IMG/VR virus record: IMGVR_UViG_3300014059_000004
Origin: a virus
Length of the DNA stretch: 64,000 nucleotides
Reading direction: 5' to 3' (one strand)
Shown one piece after another: positions 55,054-64,000 of the stretch. A program made the position numbers and the translations under genes. The first letter of the stretch is position 1; every line of letters begins with the position of its first letter. The notes under the pieces were generated by a model. The model was not told the DNA's origin. It ran no database searches and saw nothing but the letters and a program-made list of their open reading frames with translations.

Positions 55054-56783
55054 CCAGGACAGCGTTGCGTGAGCTTGTATCAGAGCTTCTTGATAACAAG
55101 AAGTTCGGGCAAGTTTGCCTTGAAGAGGCGGATGATCCGGTTGATGTCAACCCAGTTGTTGATCAGTCAGCAATACTTACTGATCCTAGCAATCCGAACT
55201 ACAAGCCAAACAACAAAGCTGAATTTCAAGTTGCTGTGAAGGCCCTAAGCGACGATCTGCCAGACGAAAAAGTTTCTGACGTGTATGAAAAGCTAGTGGG
55301 GGCCCTTGACGTGCCCGACGAAAAGGAAGATACGATGAAAAACAAGAAGACGACGGGCACAAAGAGCGCTAAAAAAGACACGGCAGCTGAATCACTCATC
55401 AGGCTAGCTGTTCGCAAGCAGCTGCAAGAACTTAACATTGTTTCTGAAGCGCCATTTGACAAGAAGCCAAAGAATTTCGGACCAGTCGTTGGACCGCTTC
55501 CGCCTGTCACAAAGATCCCAGCCGGTGTTCATGGCGGTGAGTACATGGCAAAGTTTGACAAGTCGAAGAGAGACCTGAAGAAGGTCATGAAGAACCCAGT
55601 TGAAGACCCCCTTGACGACGTACAATCAGACGTGCCAGAGAGGGCAAAGTTCAACACTGTGTCAGACGTCTCCGGAGCATCGTTCCAAGATATCGCCAAG
55701 GATCTTGGTTTTTCAGTCGCTGGCGCGAAGCAAGCTGTCGATAAGGCAATGCTGAAGGCACAGTGGGTTGCTGACATGCAAGATAAGTCGCCAGAGGATC
55801 TTGAGATCATCGTCTTGTCGAGCATGAACGACTACATCAAGATGCTGAGCCGTTCGGGTGAGCTATCGGCTTCTGATGTTGCTCTCATGAAAGCACATCC
55901 AGACATCGTCAGAGATCTAGATGGTTTCCGCGAATTTCTTGACAAATCGATCAGGCGTGCACGTGGTGGTGAGAAGCTGTACAATCCAACTGCACCAACG
56001 AGTGCTGCACCAGAAGAGTCGGGCGCAGAGTCAACAAGTGAGCCAGCAGCTCCAAAGGCACCAAGAGAGCCAAAAGCCAGCAAGGATTCGTACAAGGTTT
56101 ACAAGGGCGGCCAGAAGTACAACGGTGCTTCTGTTGTCACTCGCTACAAGGGCAAAGTCTTTGGCAAGATGGGTGCATCAGAGTTCAAGCCAGGAGAGTC
56201 TGGCATTGTCTCGCCTGAAGATGGCAAGCTGAAGGTTAAGAAGCCAACTGGCGATCACACCCAAGTTTGGGAACCAGTTGGTGAATCTCGCTCCCGGACT
56301 CGCACAATCAAGAAGGGTCCGCTGACGATCGTTCTCGAGACGATGGGCTCACCCGTTGATGAAGATCTAGTCTCTAGGAGCGAAGTTGAACAGCTCGTTT
56401 CTTCCGGTGCATCATCTATCACAGACCCAGTTTCGTTGGAGTCTGCGCTTAACGATGCTTTTGGTGATCGTGAATTCAGCCCAGAAGCCCTAGAGTACAT
56501 GTACGATGTTTTCCCTGACATCATGCAGAGCCTTGAGGGTCTTGAGCCATCTGCAGAAGAGCAAGAGTATCATCACACGGGTGATGCACCTTGCCCAACT
56601 TGCGGCGGCGCGAACACCCACCAAGCAGAAGCTGACGAAATTTACTGCGCAGATTGCGACTCTACGTTTCCGCTAGTGTTAACCACAAGAAAGAGAATCA
56701 ATGAACGACGTAGCAATAGTTGCCGCGGCGCAGTTCAACCCAGAGCTGCTCAACGTCCAGAAGAATCTGGCTGTTGCTACTGA
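55032..56783 (+). CDS. leader-family large protein (583 aa)
   Basis: 'MAQKITVTRTALRELVSELL' leader. Confidence 0.45.
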   Translation: MAQKITVTRTALRELVSELLDNKKFGQVCLEEADDPVDVNPVVDQSAILTDPSNPNYKPNNKAEFQVAVKALSDDLPDEKVSDVYEKLVGALDVPDEKEDTMKNKKTTGTKSAKKDTAAESLIRLAVRKQLQELNIVSEAPFDKKPKNFGPVVGPLPPVTKIPAGVHGGEYMAKFDKSKRDLKKVMKNPVEDPLDDVQSDVPERAKFNTVSDVSGASFQDIAKDLGFSVAGAKQAVDKAMLKAQWVADMQDKSPEDLEIIVLSSMNDYIKMLSRSGELSASDVALMKAHPDIVRDLDGFREFLDKSIRRARGGEKLYNPTAPTSAAPEESGAESTSEPAAPKAPREPKASKDSYKVYKGGQKYNGASVVTRYKGKVFGKMGASEFKPGESGIVSPEDGKLKVKKPTGDHTQVWEPVGESRSRTRTIKKGPLTIVLETMGSPVDEDLVSRSEVEQLVSSGASSITDPVSLESALNDAFGDREFSPEALEYMYDVFPDIMQSLEGLEPSAEEQEYHHTGDAPCPTCGGANTHQAEADEIYCADCDSTFPLVLTTRKRINERRSNSCRGAVQPRAAQRPEESGCCY

Positions 56784-57456
56784 ACTAGCTTTTGAAGCCG
56801 CGGCGAAAGGTGCACGCGTCATCGTTCTACCCGAGCTTTGCACTTCTGGGTTTGCGTTGCGATCTCCTCGTGAAGCAATGGAGTGTGCTCAGGAACGTGA
56901 TGGGTATCAGACAGAAGCGTTCATCCCAATTGCCAATCGCTACAACTGCTACATTGTCTTTGGCTACCCGGAGCTCTATGAAGGTAAGCTGTACAACTCA
57001 GCGGCCATCGTGGGTCCCTCGGGCCTCGCAGGGAATTCGCAGAAAAGCAACCTATGGGGCAATGACAACATTTGGGCGCAGCCCTCAGAAGCCCTTCATG
57101 CACTAGTCGTGACGCCAGTCGGTCGGCTGGGAGCGCTAGTCTGCAGGGATGCAATGAATCACTACAGAGAATCGTACGCTTTTTACAAGCCTGGGCAGAA
57201 ATTTTACAGCAAAGGCTCTGTTGACATGATTGCTCTTCTGACGAACTGGGGCGGCGCCTATGGGTACCCAGATTCAGCTTGGGTTGAGCTTGTTGAAGAC
57301 ACAAGGGCAAATGTCATTGTGTCAAACAGAGTTGGCACCGAGCGCGATCTGAAGTACAAAGGTGGCAGTTGTTGTATCGATAGAAATAGACGTATTTATA
57401 CACACGGATCGAGCTTCACAGAAGCAGCGATCGTCGGTGGGATGATCATCATATGA
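56701..57456 (+). CDS. carbon-nitrogen hydrolase (nitrilase superfamily)
   Basis: 'ARVIVLPELCTSGF' (catalytic Glu), Lys region and 'ALVCRD' (catalytic Cys). Confidence 0.6.
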   Translation: MNDVAIVAAAQFNPELLNVQKNLAVATELAFEAAAKGARVIVLPELCTSGFALRSPREAMECAQERDGYQTEAFIPIANRYNCYIVFGYPELYEGKLYNSAAIVGPSGLAGNSQKSNLWGNDNIWAQPSEALHALVVTPVGRLGALVCRDAMNHYRESYAFYKPGQKFYSKGSVDMIALLTNWGGAYGYPDSAWVELVEDTRANVIVSNRVGTERDLKYKGGSCCIDRNRRIYTHGSSFTEAAIVGGMIII

Positions 57457-57827
57457 AACAGCTACAAAAGCTTCACGAGCAGTTCATGAAAATGGCTGAT
57501 CGTCCCATGACGTTCGGCAAGCTTCCTATCTCTGCTCGTGAACCTGATGCACCTCTCGTTGCGATGAATCGCTGGGAGAAGTGCGATGATGGATCGATCA
57601 CGAAGACATACACGTTCAAGAGGAAAGAAGATCGCAACCCGTTCCTCTACGCGTTGCTTGAGTACGAAGAAGAAGTGGGTCACAATGCTAACATCACCGT
57701 AGTAGGTGATTCTGTCAATGTTCGTCTCATAACGCACGACATAGATCAAGTGACAGAGCTTGACAAAGAGTACGCATCCTACGCCGATACTGCGTACAAA
57801 GATATCGTTACTACGCCCATCTCGTGA
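57453..57827 (+). CDS. hypothetical protein
   Basis: 124-aa ORF, ATGA-coupled. Confidence 0.3.
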   Translation: MKQLQKLHEQFMKMADRPMTFGKLPISAREPDAPLVAMNRWEKCDDGSITKTYTFKRKEDRNPFLYALLEYEEEVGHNANITVVGDSVNVRLITHDIDQVTELDKEYASYADTAYKDIVTTPIS

Positions 57828-57842
57828 TGTAAATTTGTCTCC

Positions 57843-58262
57843 ATGAGAGACAAAGAGATGACAATTCGAGCAGACACGTCGCGTGTTCTGATGTCTGACG
57901 TGCTCAATGATGCAGTCATTGAAGGTGTCACAGTAGAACCTCCAGCGTACATCATATGTCGCATCAACGTGAAAGATGACGAAGAGAAATCTATCGTTGG
58001 AACGTTGAGCAGCATCCTTCTGGATGAACACATTGAAGTTGAAGTTTCAACTTTGCTAGAAGACGGTTTCACAACGCTAAAGAACTTCACGTTGTACAAG
58101 ATCGCAAGCCTAGAGATCTCCGGTGATGAGAACGGCGGGATGAGCATCGAAGGTCCGCTGACGATATCGGCTGTCAGGATAGAAGCGATAGATTACACGC
58201 GCCGAATGTGCACCTTGCTCGTTAAGTTGCAAGGAGAGTTACCTATTTACATGCGAGGATGA
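57843..58262 (+). CDS. hypothetical protein
   Basis: 139-aa ORF. Confidence 0.3.
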   Translation: MRDKEMTIRADTSRVLMSDVLNDAVIEGVTVEPPAYIICRINVKDDEEKSIVGTLSSILLDEHIEVEVSTLLEDGFTTLKNFTLYKIASLEISGDENGGMSIEGPLTISAVRIEAIDYTRRMCTLLVKLQGELPIYMRG

Positions 58263-58265
58263 GCT

Positions 58266-58526
58266 ATGGAGAAGATCGAAGAAGATTGCACTGATTGCGA
58301 TGGTGCTGGCGGCGACTGCGAGAAGTGCGATGGAACTGGAAAGCTCCTGCACGATGATGTCAACGAAGGTTACACGTTTGACAAGTTCATGGACTCTATC
58401 GTTCTGAAAGAATCGCGAGTTAGTCCAAGGAAAAAAGTCGTCGATTCCCCTCAGAGAGAAAGAGCTCGTCGTCACCAAGAGCGTCCGTTGAACAGAACCA
58501 GGTTCGGTGGTTTACATGAAAAATAA
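58266..58526 (+). CDS. small Zn-ribbon protein
   Basis: 'CTDCDGAGGDCEKCDGTGK'. Confidence 0.3.
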   Translation: MEKIEEDCTDCDGAGGDCEKCDGTGKLLHDDVNEGYTFDKFMDSIVLKESRVSPRKKVVDSPQRERARRHQERPLNRTRFGGLHEK

Positions 58527-59109
58527 CGTCAAGATAACTACGGGACGTAGCCTTGGTAAACTCTTGGACGCTGTCATCAGCGAGAGCGTCAAGGCGGGGC
58601 TGTACCAGAAGTCACTTCAGGAGAAAGAGAAGCAAGACGCTATGGCTTCAAACGCTCCAGATCCAGCGCCGTCCCCACCGGCAGATTCACAAGATGAAAA
58701 GAGTCACGGTTCAAAGACGGCTGAAGACGAGAAGAGCGAGATGGAGAGTGGTGACATCGATCACACCGACGTCATTGAGAAGCTCAACACCATAAGATCG
58801 GGTCACTCATTTAGAGATGAGAAAGTTGCGTCTGCGATGGAACAGTACATCAACTCGTTGTCATCTGCGGAGAAAACAGCACTTCTAGCGTTCTTGAAAG
58901 GAATCGCGCAGATCGTAACTGGCGAGGTCGCAGCACAAGATGCAGCAGATCCAGGCGACAAGCCGTCAGACGTGAAGATGGAGAAGGGTCCGAAGACGAA
59001 GCACATCAAGCCTAACGTCATCGTGTCACAGACACCCAAAGTCAATAAAGACTCTGGCGCTGAAAATACGTCAGGTCCTACGCCCATCACGCCGAAGAAG
59101 AAGTTATAA
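58507..59109 (+). CDS. hypothetical acidic protein
   Basis: 200-aa ORF. Confidence 0.3.
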   Translation: MVYMKNNVKITTGRSLGKLLDAVISESVKAGLYQKSLQEKEKQDAMASNAPDPAPSPPADSQDEKSHGSKTAEDEKSEMESGDIDHTDVIEKLNTIRSGHSFRDEKVASAMEQYINSLSSAEKTALLAFLKGIAQIVTGEVAAQDAADPGDKPSDVKMEKGPKTKHIKPNVIVSQTPKVNKDSGAENTSGPTPITPKKKL

Positions 59110-59609
59110 ATTACAGCGATCGCGTTGTAGTATGAGGGTGTCATGGAAAACAACGAAAACTTTATCGAAACGCGATCGATCACGCTTCCCAAAGGCGGCA
59201 CGCTTGAGATCAAGATCACCCAAGAGCTACTTGACAGAATTCGTTACCAGTTTCAGATCGAAAAGTCAGAAACTGTCACTGACGATCACATGAGGATGTT
59301 CATCTGGGGTGCGGTATCGACAGCGCTTGACAAAGCTGAGAAAGAGATGAAGGATGGATGACGATCTTAAAGAATACATCAAGCTCGTTGTTGAGAGCAA
59401 AGTCAGAGAGGCTGATGTCTCTGACGGCTCAAAAGTGCCGCACGGGTCAAAGAAGCACATCAGAGATCTTGAAGCCAGGATCGAAGACCTCATCAAGTGG
59501 CGCGATCGTCAGAAGAAAGGTTCAGAAGCTCGAGCCAACTACGCTCGACTTGTGCAACGTCTTCGTGGAGAGCTAGCGTCTGCAAAGAGAAAGGCTGAGA
59601 AGCTTCAAA

Positions 59610-60953
59610 ATGCTAAGAGCGTCGAAAAAGAATTACGTCAATGAAGGTGGTGCCGTCGGTCATCTGCAGCACATAGTTGACAACAGAGAGCTTACTTTCG
59701 CAGAGATTAAAAACATTCTTTCGATTGCGTCAAAAGGCAAGCTTCAGAAGGTTTCTGAGAAGTTCGATGGCATGAACCTTGTCTTCAGCTGGGATAGCTC
59801 AACTAACGCGCTGCGAGCGGCAAGGAACACAACGGACATAAAGAACGGTGGTCTAGACGCTGATGGAATCGCTGCAAAATTTCGCGACAGAGGAAATGTA
59901 GGCGATGCATTCAATTCAGCATTCAAAGTTCTGAACGACGCTCTTGGTGCAATACCAGAGAGCACGTTGATCAATATTTTTGGTGAGAATTGCGAAAAGT
60001 GGTACTCGATGGAAGTCATCTACACGCAAAATCCTAACGTCATCAACTACGATGAAAATAGCATCATCTTTCATGGATGGCCAGTGTTTCAAGTTGTCAA
60101 CGGAAAAGTTCAAAAATCTGACGATGAATCTGGTGTTGATATTATTTCTGCAAACGTTGAGAAGATGCAGAAAGCTGTAACGATGCGCTCTTGGCGCGTC
60201 CGTGGTCCTTCGCTTCTTAAGATGAAGGAAATATCAGATGGTACTGTTTTGCGCAAAGCTATTAACAAGATTGAAGCTGCGCAGGGCGAAGCGGGAGTGT
60301 CAGATTCTCAAACTATCGAAGATTATTTGAGAAGCCTAGTCACAGATGTTGTGATTCAGAAATTTGGGCTTCCAAAAGAGATCACATCTGCGATCGTTGA
60401 GCGCGTGATTGAATCATCGTCAGCGCCCAAGCTAACTGCGATCAAGATGTTGCTGAAGAATTCGCAGTTGTACGAAGAAATTGCTGCGTTTGTTAAAGAA
60501 TCACCAAAGCTTCTGAAAGATCTGATCTTTCCGATTGAAGATGCTATCTACGATCTTTCGATTGAAGTGTTGCACGGCCTTGAGTCATCTCTCATCAATG
60601 ATTCTAGCGCTGAAGTTCAACGCCTTAGAGCTGAAGTTAAAAGAGCGATAAACGCGATTGAATCTTCTGGTCAAGAAGATGCGATTGCAATATTGCAAGC
60701 CCAGATGCAAAAGTTGAAGAGCATCGAAGGAATCAACACTCCGATGGAAGGCATTGTTTTCATGTACAAGGGAAACGCTTACAAATTCACTGGCAGTTTT
60801 GCAGCTGCAAATCAAATTCTTGGCTTGTTCAAATATGGTCGTGGCAGCATTAAACCCATGGCAACAACTGAATCTGTGAGAATCAAACCCTGGTATGCAT
60901 ACTTACAACATGATTCAGCTAAAGAAGCGAATAGTCGACAAGCTCGTGGTTGA
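59610..60953 (+). CDS. second nucleotidyltransferase-family ligase (Rnl1-like RNA ligase or ATP-dependent ligase)
   Basis: Motif I 'SEKFDGMNLVFS' (compare T4 Rnl1 'TKEDGSLVS'). Motif IV/V 'MEGIVFMYKGNAYKF'. Confidence 0.4.
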   Translation: MLRASKKNYVNEGGAVGHLQHIVDNRELTFAEIKNILSIASKGKLQKVSEKFDGMNLVFSWDSSTNALRAARNTTDIKNGGLDADGIAAKFRDRGNVGDAFNSAFKVLNDALGAIPESTLINIFGENCEKWYSMEVIYTQNPNVINYDENSIIFHGWPVFQVVNGKVQKSDDESGVDIISANVEKMQKAVTMRSWRVRGPSLLKMKEISDGTVLRKAINKIEAAQGEAGVSDSQTIEDYLRSLVTDVVIQKFGLPKEITSAIVERVIESSSAPKLTAIKMLLKNSQLYEEIAAFVKESPKLLKDLIFPIEDAIYDLSIEVLHGLESSLINDSSAEVQRLRAEVKRAINAIESSGQEDAIAILQAQMQKLKSIEGINTPMEGIVFMYKGNAYKFTGSFAAANQILGLFKYGRGSIKPMATTESVRIKPWYAYLQHDSAKEANSRQARG

Positions 60954-62436
60954 AAATCAACTACGATCACTTATCAAGAGATTGATAGTTGAATCTGATT
61001 TCAAAGTTGGTTCTGAGTACGATGCTCAGGAAGTCGCAGCAAAAGAACGTTACGAGGCTGCACAAGCTGATCTTGTTGCGTGGGATGATAACCAAAAGAA
61101 GAAAGAAGCTCTGTTCGCCAAAGCTAAAGAGATGGGCGTAACGCCAGACACGGCGAAGAAAAGGTTGAAGGACAACCCACAGTACACCTACGATCCAAAG
61201 CTAGCTGCGAAGCAACGAAAGACGCTCGAAGATGCTCTTAAGAAAGCCGAGCAAGAGTACTCAGAGTACAACGCTGAGCTTCGTGGTTACGTTCGTTCAA
61301 AAGCACCAAAGGCAGAGAAATCTTTCGACAAGCAGCTCCCGCCGCCGAAGAAGAAGGTTTACATGTCGATCGACGACGTGAAGCCATTGAAGTGGTACAC
61401 GTGGCCGAAAGAAGTGAAGAAGTCTGGTAAGTCGTTTGGTTCAGCGAAAGCCGCCGGCGGATCCTCTGGTGACGAGGTCGGTCGCACGATGGGTCCAGGC
61501 GAAGAATGGCTCGAGTTCATCCTTGGCGGTCAGATGCAAGGTGGAAAAGTTCCTTACGATATCGTCACTGTTGACGGACGCTCGTGGGAAGTGAAAGCCT
61601 TGGACGGCGCCGGGTCAATGATTCGTCCAGGCACAGAGGGAAGAGCTGCTTTCGCCAAACCACGAAAGCGCCTCATCTCGATCATGACGCAGATCAAGAA
61701 CTTTGTTGCTCTTGCTCGCAGGCCAGGCTTCTTTGAGAAGGGCGACTTGTCAGAATCAGAAGCTAACATGATCTCTTTCGTGAAAGTCTTCGTTGAAGAT
61801 GATTACGAGATGATCGTTGAGAAAGGTGAGATCGGCCGCGACAGGTTCATTGCGTTCAGAGGAATCCTGAAGTCGATACAGAAGTTCAAGCACGATCACA
61901 GTGGCATCGATCACGATCATGGCACAGCGCCAGTCGACACAAGGATATCTTTGAACGACAAAGAAGTCAAGGTTGACAAGCCAACGTTCATCGACGTTGC
62001 AAAGCGCGTTGAGCGCGCTACGGGGGACAAGAGCGTCCTCACTGGCTTCGAGAAGTTTGAGCTTCTGTTCTCAACGTTGAAAGATGCTGCGTTCGATGAT
62101 CCAAGCGAGTTCTTCAACGAGTGGTTCAACTCCATCAACATTGACAACGTCTTCGAGCACGTTGACGGCGTCTTCATCGTGAACCGAAACGGGTTCCTCA
62201 TGGTACCGCGGTCCATGTTCAGGAAAGCGTTCAAGTTTGAGATCGTGTCTCAAGGCTTGCCACGCTTCTCGCTTGCGCTGCCTTGGGGACCCTTACGTAA
62301 GCCGATAAGCAAGCTTATCCAGCTCTTCAGCAGCGCTTCGGTGGTCTGCTTGCTGAGGATGTTCCAGATGGCTTCACCATCGACGCCAGGAGGCAAGTTC
62401 TTGACGAAAGAAGCCTTGTCGCCTGCGGCCAAGTAG
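60895..62436 (+). CDS. hypothetical protein
   Basis: 513-aa ORF. Confidence 0.3.
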   Translation: MHTYNMIQLKKRIVDKLVVENQLRSLIKRLIVESDFKVGSEYDAQEVAAKERYEAAQADLVAWDDNQKKKEALFAKAKEMGVTPDTAKKRLKDNPQYTYDPKLAAKQRKTLEDALKKAEQEYSEYNAELRGYVRSKAPKAEKSFDKQLPPPKKKVYMSIDDVKPLKWYTWPKEVKKSGKSFGSAKAAGGSSGDEVGRTMGPGEEWLEFILGGQMQGGKVPYDIVTVDGRSWEVKALDGAGSMIRPGTEGRAAFAKPRKRLISIMTQIKNFVALARRPGFFEKGDLSESEANMISFVKVFVEDDYEMIVEKGEIGRDRFIAFRGILKSIQKFKHDHSGIDHDHGTAPVDTRISLNDKEVKVDKPTFIDVAKRVERATGDKSVLTGFEKFELLFSTLKDAAFDDPSEFFNEWFNSINIDNVFEHVDGVFIVNRNGFLMVPRSMFRKAFKFEIVSQGLPRFSLALPWGPLRKPISKLIQLFSSASVVCLLRMFQMASPSTPGGKFLTKEALSPAAK

Positions 62437-62882
62437 CTACGCATCTTGGTACCGCTTACATCCACCGTCTGTGTCCTCTGGATGGGCTTTAGAATAATCT
62501 TCTTATTGTTCCAAAGGTTTCCAGCGTACTTATTAAGTGATTTTTCTGGGAAGTTCGTGGCAAGGTCGTCAGGGTCTGCATACACTGTGAAAGTGTCGTC
62601 CATGTTACCAGACTCGTTAGCTTCGCCCAAGACTTTCCAGATGTTTGCGATGGGTGATCCGCCGTACGTTATCTCAACGTTCTCTGGCATGATTGCTTCG
62701 AGGTGCTCTTTCCAGATGCGCAGCATGTCGCTGCCAAGTATGGGAAGCTCGCCTGGTCGCTTCCGGTCGCTGGTTGAAACGAAAAGCTTCACGATGTCGT
62801 TTTCACTAGCAGCGATCTGTATCAGACCCACGTGTCCTGCGTGGGTTGGTTTTCCCGACATGCCGATGAGACCAATTTGCAT
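62250..62882 (-). CDS. nicotinamide/nicotinate mononucleotide adenylyltransferase-like (HxGH nucleotidyltransferase), trimmed to M127 of the ORF
   Basis: 'MQIGLIGMSGKPTHAGH' (HxGH) and 'VSGTKMRSYL' (ISSTxxR-like). Confidence 0.5.
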   Translation of the reverse strand: MQIGLIGMSGKPTHAGHVGLIQIAASENDIVKLFVSTSDRKRPGELPILGSDMLRIWKEHLEAIMPENVEITYGGSPIANIWKVLGEANESGNMDDTFTVYADPDDLATNFPEKSLNKYAGNLWNNKKIILKPIQRTQTVDVSGTKMRSYLAAGDKASFVKNLPPGVDGEAIWNILSKQTTEALLKSWISLLIGLRKGPQGSASEKRGKP

Positions 62883-62915
62883 GCTTCTTAAGTATCGTAG
62901 CTCGCGGAGCATGCA

Positions 62916-63407
62916 GTGTTCAATTACCCATGCTTGGTGTATGATGGGAGCATGAGCGGCAAGAAGAAGTCTATTGTTAAGACGACGTCCTGCGGAACGT
63001 TGACGTACCGGTTGGCGCCGCAGTGGATTGACACCGAGATCCTCTTGGTGAAGCAATTTTCCAAGAAGGGAAATTGGGGCGTACCCAAGGGTCACATCAA
63101 TCCTGGTGAAACCATCGAGAAGTGCGCAATCCGCGAGACCAAAGAGGAAACTGGCATCGACGTTGAGCTCGGGATGCGATTGACTGACACGCTGGCTTCT
63201 TACAAGAAGGAAGAGAAGACAGTTGTGACTTACTTGGCCGTGCAGACGTGCGACAACCACCCAGACGCCAGCGATCCAGATTCGGAAGTAGCAGACGTTC
63301 GGTGGTTCAAGGTTTCAGAGCTGCCGGGTCTCGTTCGGTACCAGGAGTCAGTCATCCACGAAGGTATCGAGGCGATCAAGGCAATCTGGAGCTCTCAGCA
63401 TGGATGA
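62916..63407 (+). CDS. Nudix hydrolase
   Basis: Nudix box 'GHINPGETIEKCAIRETKEETGI' (Gx5Ex7REUxEExGU). Confidence 0.7.
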   Translation: MFNYPCLVYDGSMSGKKKSIVKTTSCGTLTYRLAPQWIDTEILLVKQFSKKGNWGVPKGHINPGETIEKCAIRETKEETGIDVELGMRLTDTLASYKKEEKTVVTYLAVQTCDNHPDASDPDSEVADVRWFKVSELPGLVRYQESVIHEGIEAIKAIWSSQHG

Positions 63408-63687
63408 TGAAGGCAGCGATGAGCTTGATCCTGAGTACGATCAAGTTGTCGTTGATGTCTTCCGCTACGCTGGTTTTCTTGACGAATGGTCGGCGATAAA
63501 GAAGCAGCTGCTGCTCAACATGCGCGTTGAGATGAGGCCTGCGTTGAATTCTTACGATCCCGTGCTTAAAAAGCGCGTCATCACGAGAGTAGATAGAGCG
63601 CTGGCTGCACGTTGGTCGGAATTGTCTGGCCGCAAGGTCATATTTAAGGGTGATGAAAAGCCAACGCAGCAAAAGGATCCTACGTGA
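63400..63687 (+). CDS. hypothetical protein
   Basis: 95-aa ORF. Confidence 0.25.
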   Translation: MDDEGSDELDPEYDQVVVDVFRYAGFLDEWSAIKKQLLLNMRVEMRPALNSYDPVLKKRVITRVDRALAARWSELSGRKVIFKGDEKPTQQKDPT

Positions 63688-64000
63688 GTACATAAGAGAG
63701 ATCCTGAAAGAGGATGATGGGTACGGTGGCATGATGGGTGCTGCGTACGACATGATGCCTTACGGTGCCCATTTTGCCTCACAAGATGCTCTTTATTCAA
63801 CGTTTGTCAAGCCGTTCGTTGACGTTGTGCAAGTTGCTGCTGGCAAGACGAAAGAAGTCAGCAAGCGAGCTCAAACTCTGTTCAAGGTCTCATTTGAGGC
63901 TTTCATGGTGTCGATCATCCCGTGGTTGACAACCGAGTTCAAAGAGATCTTTGATGAAGAGAAAGATGCTCTTGCGAAGATCAAGTCAGAGTACAACGAT

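Noticed and set aside
62883-63260. N-terminal 126 codons of the annotated minus-strand 336-aa ORF.
   Set aside because: It overlaps the clear Nudix gene on the opposite strand. The NMNAT homology begins only at M127 'MQIGLIGMSGKPTHAGH'.
1-64000. CRISPR arrays, rRNA genes, integrase or attachment-site evidence for a prophage.
   Set aside because: No direct-repeat/spacer periodicity, no rRNA-like conserved stretches, and no tyrosine or serine recombinase motifs were seen. The tRNA 3' halves are followed by matching 5' halves rather than by an integrase.

Overview
This 64 kb window looks like a large virulent dsDNA phage genome segment. It has mixed GC (about 45-50%, with a GC-richer 21.3-24.6 kb island). 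Nearly all genes sit on the + strand, with Shine-Dalgarno sites and translationally coupled genes. It carries a T4-like replication and recombination set: a gp32-like SSB, a UvsX/RecA recombinase, an RNase H/FEN nuclease and a DnaB/gp41-type helicase. Unusually it also has a DnaE-type Pol III alpha replicase plus a small family-A polymerase-domain protein. There is a large nucleotide-metabolism complement: an NrdJ-like RNR, ThyX, a ThyA-family paralog, dUTPase, Tmk-like and dNMP-like kinases, Tdk, dCMP deaminase, MazG and NMNAT/Nudix. Three genes (dut, helicase, dnaE) are 'fractured' by split inteins, each with a free-standing homing-endonuclease gene between the halves. At least six further free-standing homing endonucleases (GIY-YIG, HNH and Vsr-like PD-(D/E)xK types) are present. 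A T4-like RNA-repair cassette (Pnk kinase/phosphatase, RNA ligase, metallophosphoesterase) lies next to a tRNA-like locus. The T-arm/3'-acceptor halves of that locus sit upstream of their matching 5' halves, which is a circularly permuted arrangement, and one half-pair folds as a tRNA with anticodon CUA. A cluster of sugar-nucleotide and base-modification genes suggests DNA hypermodification. About nine otherwise unrelated proteins share a conserved N-terminal leader ending in [ILV]-x-E, which resembles T4 capsid-targeting sequences. Other genes include Dps-like, SOD-like, HslV-like and nitrilase-like proteins and a probable lysis module. No CRISPR array or rRNA was seen.
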